Shown piece after piece: positions 34,070 to 44,892 of a DNA stretch of 64,000 bases. Source of the DNA: Histomonas meleagridis 2922-C6/04-290x (lineage: Eukaryota > Protista > Parabasalia); assembly GCA_020184695.1 (NCBI GenBank), contig JAANOX010000279.1, positions 246,486 to 310,485 of the forward strand. The letters are read 5' to 3'. Under the pieces are notes generated by a model. The model did no database searches, was not told where the DNA came from, and was given only the letters and a program-made list of their open reading frames with translations. Position numbers and translations under genes: made by a program. The first letter of the stretch is position 1; every line of letters begins with the position of its first letter.

Positions 34070-35242
34070 TTAATTATTCATTTTATTTGTTTTTAACCTC
34101 ATATTTGCCGCCTTAGCCAATATTTCTATATCTATTGCGTCCACTGGCGGATGTAAAGAGTATTCTCCTTCATCGCCTTCCATAAAATTTTGTACGAAAT
34201 CTGCGTCAACAATTTTCAGCAAATCCGATTTCGCATAATATGTTTCGCCAAGTGACAGCCAAAGTGTTGCTCTAATGTACAACAAAATTCCCGCTTTATA
34301 TAACTCATACGCATGTGTGCAAACTTTTATCGCGTCGTGAATTTTCCCTATTTTATATAACGATAGAATCTGATGCACTAAAAACATCGGATCATTCGGG
34401 TTCTTTTGTAAATGTCTGGTGGATAATATCATCGCTTCTTTCCATTTGTCCTCTAAAACTAATGAAATGATATCATTGTCATCGTATTTAGATGTATCAG
34501 ATTCCGGTAACTGAATACCTTCGGATGTGGTTTGTAAAATAGGCATTCGCTTCATTGTAGAAAGTCGTTTCTTGTTGAGGTCTTCGCAGATTTGATACGA
34601 TGACTGAAATTCATAACAATTTGATTGGAGAATTGGTATGACGTGAACTTGTTCATACATATTACGTTGAAGATCAGTGGTATCAAACATTATTAATGTG
34701 GTCAAAATTGGTTTAAATCGTTGCGTTAACATTGCATTTAGCTCATCAAGTAAATGTGTAAAATGTGGAATATCTAACTTACTGATATACGAGTTTTCAA
34801 TATCACGAGAAAATTCTATTTCTTCTTGATCAGCATTGGGTTTGCATAACGATGATAAATAACCGAAATAAATGATTAAGGAATAATTAGGAATCTTACT
34901 ATACATAGCTTCGGCATAATGAATAGCAGCCTCGTACTTTTTGCTTTTCATAAATTGTGGGAAAAGATGAAGAAAGAATAAATGATGAACACTGGAATTT
35001 TGAATTTTACCATTCTTAGATGTAGGGCTTGGTATAAATGATTTGAATTCTTCATATTTTCTGTCTAGAATTTCGGTTGGATTTGCAAGAGTATCTGGTG
35101 GTTGACGTAACCTGATTTGATTAATATTAAGTTCATTGCAAAAATATTCTGTTGATGCTCTACAACATTCTTTTGCAAGTTTATAGTCTTGTAATGATGG
35201 TATATAATCAGGTTTTGGGCGAAGCCTTAACGAGCTACTCAT
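34070..35242 (-). CDS. Hypothetical protein with C-terminal TPR-like repeats
   Basis: Long ORF with likely ATG at 35242. Helical repeats LYKIGKIHDAI and LSLGETYYAKSDL. Confidence 0.7.
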   Translation of the reverse strand: MSSSLRLRPKPDYIPSLQDYKLAKECCRASTEYFCNELNINQIRLRQPPDTLANPTEILDRKYEEFKSFIPSPTSKNGKIQNSSVHHLFFLHLFPQFMKSKKYEAAIHYAEAMYSKIPNYSLIIYFGYLSSLCKPNADQEEIEFSRDIENSYISKLDIPHFTHLLDELNAMLTQRFKPILTTLIMFDTTDLQRNMYEQVHVIPILQSNCYEFQSSYQICEDLNKKRLSTMKRMPILQTTSEGIQLPESDTSKYDDNDIISLVLEDKWKEAMILSTRHLQKNPNDPMFLVHQILSLYKIGKIHDAIKVCTHAYELYKAGILLYIRATLWLSLGETYYAKSDLLKIVDADFVQNFMEGDEGEYSLHPPVDAIDIEILAKAANMRLKTNKMNN

Positions 35243-35325
35243 TTGAACAAAATTTGATTGCTTTATATTGTATCGGAGTATATTCAATAAGATCGTAAAG
35301 AATAAAAATCCAAAAAAAAACTCAA

Positions 35326-38300
35326 ATGGAAACACTAGATGATATCGAAATGCTCCAACAAATACAAAATACTATTAATGGATTAAATGTGGAAAATATT
35401 TCTCAATCAGCGAATTCAATCATTAAGCAAATTTTTGATAATAATTATCCATACTCTCTAAATCAAATTGTTAGTCAAATTGCTTATTATACATATGCCA
35501 TTGGAATTAATGATTCAAATGTGATATTGGATTTTATAAATGAAATTGAAAAATATGAAGAAATGCACAAAAGTGAACATAAAATCTCGAATGTTTTTAC
35601 AATTTTTTTACTTGACAAGAACACACAGGAATCATATTTTTTAATTAACAAAATGATTGAACGAAAATTACTTAACGAAAATATTACTAAAAAAATTTCT
35701 TCTCATTATTTTGCGCATTATAAAACAGAAATAGAAAATAAAAGAAATTGTCTCACTAAAATAGAAAAAATCTTTTTAAAAAATTATGAAGAACTTTCAA
35801 AAAATGATTGGGAACTTCATAAGCAATTAATTGAAGAAGGAGTTAATCCAGGTGAAATAGCAAAAATAATTCGAAATGATGAAATGGAAAAACTTCAAGA
35901 AATATCATCACAAACAAATTTTAATTTTAATCAAACAATAAAACCATCACTTTATGAAAGATGTTCATTTATTAATCAAAAGAATGTTACAATAATTGAT
36001 TATGCCGCATTTTTTGGATCAATTAAATGTTTTAAATATTTACTTATGAATAATGCTAATGTAACTAACACAGGTAAATATGCAGTTGCAGGTGGAAATG
36101 CAGAAATAATTCATTTATGCGTACAAAATCATTCAACATTCAAAGATGCTTATGAAGCAGCAATTCAATTTCATCGAAATGATATCTTTAAATATCTTTA
36201 TGAAAATAAAATCATTAAAATTAATATTAACTCATTAGCAGCGCCATGTATTACATATCATAACTATGAAATCTTCATTTATTTGATTAAAGAAGGAATT
36301 ATAATTACTGTATCTGCTATTCATGAATCTGCAAGAATTGGAAATATATTCATCATCAAACATTATCATGAAGCAAGTATAATTACAAAAGATATCTTTT
36401 TTGATATTGCTGAATCAGAAAATATTGAACTTTTCAATTATATTTTGGAACAAAAGCAATTTGAAATCAATGAGAAAAATATTTTATTACTTTATTTAAA
36501 ATTTGTTTTTATAATTCAAAATTTCATAATAATTTTCAATAATTATTCATAACATTTAAAACAGTACTTATGATAGCAACTGAATTTGGGCAAATAGAAA
36601 TGGTCAAATATCTACTTCAACAAAAAAAAATAAATGTTAATATAAGAAATATTTGTTTTGTTTTGTTAGTAAAGTTTTTTAGTATAATTTAATATTTTAA
36701 TATAATATTTGGAAATAACTCATAATATATGATACACCACTTATTTATGCATCTACAAAAGGTAACTCTGAATTAGTAAAGTTATTTCTTGAGCATGATC
36801 AAACGAATATTAATATTGTTGGCGTTTATTTAATATATCTAGTATTACTTTTTAACTTTCATTTTTAAACAACAAATAAAAATTATTAAAATTTTTTCAT
36901 ACAGCACTAACAATTGCATCTCAAAATGGTGACTTAGAAATTGTAAAATTACTTGTCAATGACAAAAGAATTGATTTTGCTGCTAAAAATATTTTATTGA
37001 TTTTTTTAAAATTGGTTTTTGTTATTTATGGCTTCAAAGTAACTTTTGGAAAATAATCAAATTATTTGATACAGCACTTACAGTCGCTACTTCATACATG
37101 CAAGAAAAAGTTGTGAAATTACTCCTTGAACAAGAAGGAATTAATGTAAATATTTATGACGTTTGTTTTTTAGATTTAATATTCATTTTAATGATATATA
37201 ATATCAATATAATATTTAGAAATTATTTAATTTGTTTAGAACACCTCTTATTTGGGCGTCTAAATTTGGTATGACAGATATAGTTGCGTTACTCCTTAAA
37301 CATGAAGAAATTCATATTAATTTTAAAGATATAAATCTATTTTTTATAATTTCTACTATATTTATTTCGAGTATCAAAATGATATATGGAAACTATTTAA
37401 ATTTTTTAAATCAGCACTAATTTATGCAATTAATAAAGGTCATATAGAAATAATTAAATTGCTTATTAAAAAAGAAAGAATCAATATTAATACTAAAGAT
37501 ATATATTTATAGATTTTAATATTCATTTCAAAAATTTAAACCCTAAAAATAACATTTGGAAATTTATCATTTTATATGATTCCGCACTTATTTATGCAAT
37601 TAGGAAAGGTCTCACTGAAATCGTTAGATTATTACTTGAACATAAAAATATTGATACAAATGCTAAAAATACTTAATTATAGTCTTTAAAATTTATTTCA
37701 AATATTTCATGTTTTCTAATAATATCTGGAAATTGCTCAAAATATTTTATATTGCTTTTATGGTTGCTGCAGAAAATGGTTACAGTGAAATATTTAAACT
37801 ATTTCTTGAACACGATGTAAATGATATAAATGCACAAAGTATTGAAATATCTTATTTATCATTTACACATATAATTTGATGTTTCAAAACAACGTTTGGG
37901 AATTGTATGAGTTGTTTGATTCATCTCTTAATCTAGCATCCAAAAATGGTCATCCAGAAATAGTTAAAATACTCCTCGAACAAGAAGATATTAAAATTAA
38001 TATTAAAAATATTTTTAGTGTTTTTTTATTATTTCTATTAAGAATTTAGAATATCAAAATAACATTTGGTAATTATTTAATTTATTTAATACACCACTTA
38101 TTTTGGCTTCAGAAAATGGTCATCCAGAAATAGTTAAATTACTCCTTGAACAAAAAGGAATAGATGTCAATACTAAAAACTTTTAATTATTTAATTTAAA
38201 GATGGTTTTTGTAATTTCAAATATCAAAATAACATTTGGTAATTATTTGATTTATTTGATACAGCACTTATTTTAGCTGCAAAAAATGGTCATGCAGAAA

Positions 38301-41300
38301 TAATTAAATTACTTCTTGAACATGAAGGTATTAATGTAAATGCTCAAAATATTTAATTATCATATTTAACATTTATTCATATAATTTGATATCTGATATA
38401 AATATATGGAAATTATTTAAATTGTTTTGTACAGCACTAATATCTGCATCTAAAACAGGTTTTATAAATGGAGCTAAACAGCTTCTTCAACAAAAAGGAG
38501 TTGATTTCAATACAAAAACAATTTAAATGTAATATTCAAAGTATATTTAAATTAAATAATATTTCAAAATAATATATAGAAATGATTTAAATTATTTGAT
38601 ACTGCGCTTATATTAGCAATAAAAAATGGTTGTGTAGATATAGTAAAATTACTTCTTGAACAAAAAGGATTAGATATTAATTCCAAAAATATTTATTAGA
38701 TTGACTTAATATTGGTTTTAATAGTTGAAGATTTTGAAATAATATTTGGAAATTATTGAAATTATTTGATACACCTCTTATATTATCTTTAAAATATGAT
38801 AAAATCGAAATTTTCAAATTGCTTCTTGAACAAAAAGGAATTGATGTTAATGCTAAAAATATTAATTGATTGTATTTAGTGTTTGTGTTTTTTGTTTGAT
38901 ATTTTAAAATAATATTTGGGAAAAATTTAATTTATTTAACTCAGCACTCATATTATCTTTAAAGAATAATAAAATTGATATAGCAAAAATACTTCTTGAA
39001 TACGAAGGTATTGATATCAATACAAAAGATATTAATTTGTTTGATTTAAAATCAATTTTTACAATTTCATGTTTTAAAATAATTAATAGAAATTCATAAG
39101 ATTATTTGATACAGCACTTATAATATCAGTAAAAAATTATAAAATTGAAATATTCAAAATGCTTCTTAATCAAAAAGGAATTGATATTAATTCGAAAAAT
39201 ATTAATTAATTGTGTTTAATATTTATACCTTTTATTCAATATTTCAAAATAATATTTATGAATTGTTTAATCTATTTGACTCAGCACTTATATTATCTCT
39301 AAAAACTTATAAAATTGATATGTTTAAATTACTTCTTGAACAAGAAGGTATTGATGTTAATACAAAAGATATTAATTTGTTTTATTTAAAATTGATTTTT
39401 ATTATTTTATGTATCAAAGCGTTATTTGGTGATTATTCAAATTATTTGATACAGCACTTATATTATCAATAAAAAATAATAAAAATAAAATAAGTAAATT
39501 ACTTCTTGAACAAAAAGGGATTGATGTTAATTCTAAAAATATTATCTAAATATAATTAATATTCATATCTATTATTTAATGTTTCAAAAGAATATTTGGA
39601 ATTCATTTAAATTTTGTGATACAGCACTTATATTATCTTTAAAAAATAATAATTTCAAAATATTTATGCAACTTCTAAAACAATATGGTATTGATATTAA
39701 TGCAAAAGATATTGGAATGTTTTGTTTAAAATTGGTTTCAATATTTTAATGTATCAAAGCATAATTTGACGATTATTAAAATTATTTAATACGGTACTTA
39801 TGTTATCTTTGAAATATGATAAAATCGATATATTTAATTTACTTCTTGAACAAGATGGGATTGATATTAATGCAAAAGATATTGAAATATTTTGTTTAAA
39901 ATTGATTTTAATTATTTAATATTTTATATTAATAATTGGAAATTATTTAAACTATTTGATACACCACTTATGTACTCTTTGAAAAGTAATAAAATCGATA
40001 TATTTAATTTACTTCTTGAACAAGATGGGATTGATATTAATGCAAAGAATATTTATTGAATTTACTTAATATTCATATTAATTATTTAACGTTTCAAAAT
40101 AATATTTGGAGATTATTTAATATATTTGACACAGTACTTATGTACTCTTTGAAAAGTAATAAAATCGATATATTTAATTTGCTTCTTGAAAAAGATGGAA
40201 TTGATATTAATGCAAAGAATATTTATTGAATTTACTTAATATTCATATTAATTATTTGACGTTTCAAAATAATATTTGGAGATTATTTAATATATTTGAC
40301 ACAGTACTTATGTATTCTTTAAAAAGTAATAATATTGAAATCTTTAAATTACTTCTTGAACAAAAAGAAATAAATATTAATATTCAAAATTTTTACATAT
40401 TTTATTTGATATTTATTTTATAATATTGATATATCAATATATAATTTGGTGATTATTTTTATCATTTAACACAGCACTTATGATAGGATCCTTGAATGGT
40501 AACACAGAAATGGTCAAATTACTTCTTGCATATTCAGGGATTGATATTAGTGATAAAAATATTTATCCATTATATTTAATATATATTTAAATGATTTGAT
40601 AATTCAAAATATTATTTGGAAATTATAAAAATCATTTAAAACTGCACTTATTTTAGCAGCTGAAAAAGGATTTATAGAAATAGTCAATTTATTTATTGAA
40701 CGACGGAAAAGTTTAATTAGCACTAATAATAATATTTTCATTAATTTTTTTAATAATTCAAACAAATATTTGGGATTTATTTAAAGCATTTTATACACTA
40801 CTTAAATTCACACCTTATGAAACAGAAATTGAAGAACTTCCACTTAATAATGAAGAAAACGAAATCAATGCTAAAGACATTTATATTTTTAATTTAATAT
40901 ATATTTACTTAATTTGATGTTTTTATTATATATTTGGAAATTATGTAAATTATTTAATACGGCACTTATATGTGCAACTAAAAATGGATATATAGACATT
41001 GTTAAATTACTTCTTGAGCAAGAAGGAATTGAAATAAATATTAGAAATATTTTAATGTTTTATTTAATATCTCTTTTGATGTTTTTTCATTTCAAAATAC
41101 TATTTGGTATTCAAATATATTAATTTGGACAGCTCTAATGTATGCTTCTGCAGATGGTTACATAGACATAGTTAAATTACTTCTTGAGCAAGAAAGAATT
41201 GATATTTATGCTGTAGATATTAATATACTTTGCTTAATATTTATTTAATTAAAATGATTTTTCAGAATAAGATTTGGATTTTATTTAAATCTTTTATGAC

Positions 41301-41498
41301 AGCACCTTTATGTGCAGCTAAAAACGGATACACAGAAATAGAAAAACTTTTTGACAAACAGGATATCATTAAAATGAAAGGTAAAAATATTTGTTGCTTT
41401 AATTTAAAATCTATTTTAATGATATAATCTTTCAATATTATATTTAGAATTCATTTGAATTATTTGGTAAATCTAAGAAAGACTGTCACATTTATTAA
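35326..41498 (+). CDS. DUF3447 + ~30 ankyrin repeats (locus 3); ~1382 aa after removing 119 short inserts
   Basis: Continuous ORF to 36480, then stop-free ankyrin cores (mostly 90 nt) separated by 30 spacers (27 of exactly 80 nt). Removing 118 x 17 nt and 1 x 18 nt leaves 4149 nt, one frame with no internal stop, ending at TAA 41496-41498. Confidence 0.85.
36481..41468 (+). other. Array of 17-nt non-GT-AG intervening sequences separated by single codons (170-nt period)
   Basis: Example 39371-39450: attaatttgttttattt AAA attgatttttattattt TAT gtatcaaagcgttattt GGT gattattcaaattattt GAT, giving KD-KYGD-TAL. Confidence 0.92.
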
Positions 41499-41992
41499 CT
41501 TAATGTTATATAATTGTGTATATAAGTAAAAAACAATTATTATAAAATAAAAATTCTAATTAAAACTTAAAAAAGTAGGTAATACTTGGATTCAATTAGA
41601 TGTTGAATATTTTTTCTAACATCTTTATAATCTTTATTATCACCTACTGATATTAAGTTTTGAATATTTTGAGTTAATTGAAGTCTGTGATTTTATCTTG
41701 CATGAAATTTATAGGGAAAAGAATGATAATTTAATTACCTTTTGTTGATTAACTATTAAGTTTTTGAAGATTTTTTCAAACACAAAAAGAATGTACATAA
41801 AGGGACAAGAAAAATCTATCAACAAATAAAAAGTCAAAATATTTAGTTAACATTAATTTCAATATTAATAACTTATACATATGAAGTTATCAAATTTGTT
41901 TTGACGATTTTTGTTCTTAGCTGTGACGAGTCGAAAAGGAAAATAATAAAATATTTCAAAAAAGTAATTCCAAAACTTATTATTATTTTTAT

Positions 41993-44722
41993 TTATTTTT
42001 CATCAAACACCTCCAGAAACTTTTGTGCTTCTTCGTTATTACTGAACACGTAATTCAAGTGCTTCGACACTTTTTCCTTTATATCGACTATTTTCTTATT
42101 ATCACCTTTCTTCACGAATGTCAACAACTTCTCCAACAATTTCAACAATTCGTTTTTGTCATCCAACTCAAACACGTCCACGAAAGCGCTTATAGCGTGC
42201 AAAGCAATCAATGGCACCTTAGTTTTCAATGCGATTACACCTTTTTCTCCATATCTTTGTAATGCGTTCATGAAACGGGGCACCATTTGGTTAATGAATT
42301 TTTTACCATTTACTTTAAACTCGGAATTTCCTGCGAACAAAACGTCGTTACTATTCACGTTATCGATATGTAACACGTATTCACTTCTTAATGAATGCGT
42401 CATCATAATAATTGATTCGAGTGCAAAGTCAACAGGTTCTGAATCGGACCAATTCATACGAATGATTTGTATTATGAATTTTCGTATGTTTTCATATGGT
42501 TCGTTTGATATATTACTTGAAGGAATTAATAATAACAAATTTAATGTTTGGATATATAACTCATAAATATCTTTCTTTAATGGTATTTCATCAATGATTT
42601 TAATGAACTCATCATAAAACGAATTAGTAAAACATATTACATTACATATTAATGATACATTTGTACCTAATAATAATAATTTCGATCGTTCAATGATATT
42701 TGTAATTGTTGGAATAGTTACAAATGAAAATGATAAAAATGATCGTGTGATTACATCATAATTATTACGTTTCTTAGAATAAACTAATGTCGATAATCGA
42801 AAACTAATTCGACTTATAGTAGATAATATTCGATCACTTGAAGGAAATGAAGAACGTGCAGAAAGTAAAAAGTTTAAATGCGCTTCGAAATTATTACCGA
42901 AATCAACATGAAACAAAAACCATTCGATGACTTGATTCGTCTTCTCGATAACGTCGACAGGTGATAATATATTTAATGATTGATATAATATCTGTGATAA
43001 CTCTAAAAGAATTCGGACACATAATGGATCATTTAACTCAAATGGTTTAACAGAGATATCATTTAAGATGAAACGAGAGATTTCAACAAGTGATTCTTCA
43101 TTTAAGAAATCCATTAAGTCGACAATCGAATTAATATGTTGTAATACTTCCGAAAAGTTTTTGCCGGCTGTTACTGCATTAATTATACATTCGGATACAC
43201 ATTGTGATATGTTATTACTAATCTTTTCATTCTTGATTCCAATGTTTTTAAGATTATTATTATCTGTTAATGACATTTGAATGTTCTTACGTAATAATGT
43301 AACAACATTCTTTAAAAAGTAATTCAAGTAATGTGGCTGACAAAACTTTGCAATGAATTTACTTAATGGAGATGCAACGTATATGAAATCTTCAATGTTT
43401 GTGAATTTGCCCATTCGATTCCATATTTCATTCATGAACTCTACGAAACCTTCTGTCAACTTCACGTTCAACATTGAGTTTATTAACTTATATAATAAAA
43501 TCGAATGTGATATTACATCATCACTTTTATCAATTAACATTAACACAACATTATATATCTTCGATATGAACTTAGATGGAAATTGATCTAATAATATCGA
43601 TAAGATAAATGATGAAGGTTTACCTGCGTTATAAAACTCGTCGAGAATTTCTTTTAAGAAATTTGTATCACTGACTGAAACTAATGTAGAAATTAAGAAC
43701 TCTAACGCTGGTTTATGTGTCTCGATATACTTATTAAATGTATATTCACTGATTTTATTAAATTGTCGTTTAAATCCTTCGTCTTTGAAATATAATAAAA
43801 AATGAACATATGATGTAAATAATGGTAATAATAATTCACAATGAGTCTCCGGTAAATATGTATAAATGGTATAGACTAAATATGAGCGAACATATATCCC
43901 TGATGAACCTGACCCTAACCCAGGAATCGCTTTGATGATCTGCTTAACGGATTCCGTGGCACTTTTGTAAGGATGAAATTTGTAACAACGCAAAAAAGCT
44001 ATTTGAAGAAGAAGACGTGGTAATAATCGGGCGGTACGACATAAGATCATTGCCCAGTTTAAGCATAAGAGTTCTCGACATCCATCTTTCGTATCAACAT
44101 AATTTTGACCTTTCTCACATGCGGAATGTGACGAAATACGATTATAAACTATGGTCCCAAAATGTTCTACAAGCTCTAATACTAACATAAATTGGGCTGG
44201 ATAAAATTGTGGTGATCTGGTATTGATTAAAAGCTCACATGTCTTGGAAATTAATTCAATCATCTCCCAATGTTTGGATTCTTGATATAATACTTCTAAT
44301 GTTTCACTTTGACGTTTAATTTTACGACGAAGTTGTTCTTCATTATGTTGCATAAATGTAATTTGTTTAGCTTCATCACTAGTAACTGATAGCTCTGCAA
44401 GTCTATCACGTACACGTTTGGACAATAAAAGGAAGTTTTCATCTTCTTTCATGAAATCACTTGCACGAGTTTGGAAAGAAGAAAGACAATGATTCTTGAA
44501 TTTACTCCAGCGAGATTGAAGGCTAGTGGTTGTATGAGTGCTTTGATTGGATTCGGCAAATGGATCTTCTGTTTTGGTTGAATCAATATTAAAAGCTTCG
44601 TCAACTGAAACTTGTTGAGCGAGTATATCAATTTGAGAAACTTTGGGAGTGATCTTATGATATCCAAGAAGAACATCAGGATCTTTATTGATTGGAGTGA
44701 GATTATAAACTTCTTTTGACAT
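41993..44722 (-). CDS. VPS35L: VPS35-like (C16orf62/UPF0505) Retriever/Commander subunit
   Basis: PQFYPAQFMLVLELVEHFGTIVYNRI, NW..ILC...LLPRLLLQIAFLRCYKF and GIYVRSYL. About 910 aa. Confidence 0.85.
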   Translation of the reverse strand: MSKEVYNLTPINKDPDVLLGYHKITPKVSQIDILAQQVSVDEAFNIDSTKTEDPFAESNQSTHTTTSLQSRWSKFKNHCLSSFQTRASDFMKEDENFLLLSKRVRDRLAELSVTSDEAKQITFMQHNEEQLRRKIKRQSETLEVLYQESKHWEMIELISKTCELLINTRSPQFYPAQFMLVLELVEHFGTIVYNRISSHSACEKGQNYVDTKDGCRELLCLNWAMILCRTARLLPRLLLQIAFLRCYKFHPYKSATESVKQIIKAIPGLGSGSSGIYVRSYLVYTIYTYLPETHCELLLPLFTSYVHFLLYFKDEGFKRQFNKISEYTFNKYIETHKPALEFLISTLVSVSDTNFLKEILDEFYNAGKPSSFILSILLDQFPSKFISKIYNVVLMLIDKSDDVISHSILLYKLINSMLNVKLTEGFVEFMNEIWNRMGKFTNIEDFIYVASPLSKFIAKFCQPHYLNYFLKNVVTLLRKNIQMSLTDNNNLKNIGIKNEKISNNISQCVSECIINAVTAGKNFSEVLQHINSIVDLMDFLNEESLVEISRFILNDISVKPFELNDPLCVRILLELSQILYQSLNILSPVDVIEKTNQVIEWFLFHVDFGNNFEAHLNFLLSARSSFPSSDRILSTISRISFRLSTLVYSKKRNNYDVITRSFLSFSFVTIPTITNIIERSKLLLLGTNVSLICNVICFTNSFYDEFIKIIDEIPLKKDIYELYIQTLNLLLLIPSSNISNEPYENIRKFIIQIIRMNWSDSEPVDFALESIIMMTHSLRSEYVLHIDNVNSNDVLFAGNSEFKVNGKKFINQMVPRFMNALQRYGEKGVIALKTKVPLIALHAISAFVDVFELDDKNELLKLLEKLLTFVKKGDNKKIVDIKEKVSKHLNYVFSNNEEAQKFLEVFDEK

Positions 44723-44892
44723 ATGGCGGTGGTTGTTGCGGTTTAAAAACGTCACTTTTCGCTATCGTATCTCACAATTTGTATCACAAACATTCGTCAA
44801 TTTGGTGTACCCCAACTGAAAAAGATTAAATTTAGAAAAACATTGTACACAAGGATTTAATGTTTATTCAAAAAAGTAAAAAGTAAAAATTA

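Noticed and set aside
37232-41427. Short ORF-track entries in the ankyrin arrays (also 55236-57776) as separate small genes
   Set aside because: They are chance-open fragments spanning one or two repeats plus insert read-through.
36481-41468. Spacers as ordinary single 68-nt spliceosomal introns
   Set aside because: No GT...AG or ACTAAC in any register. Length changes come in steps of 3 or 17, and internal triplets show coding signatures.
36481-41468. Spacers as one -1/+2 ribosomal frameshift with the spacer translated
   Set aside because: Stops occur in both candidate frames (for example act TAA at 37674, tta TAG at 37510; aaa TGA at 57070 and TAA at 12866 in the downstream frame), and the product would not be an ankyrin loop.
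36481-41468. Alternative parse with a 6-nt FG micro-exon flanked by 51- and 17-nt inserts
   Set aside because: It also restores frame (D-I-F-G-x-TAL), but it does not explain the 20-nt periodicity, the 63/60/43-nt spacers or the perfect 17+3 tandem at 14310-14406. cDNA should still be checked against it.
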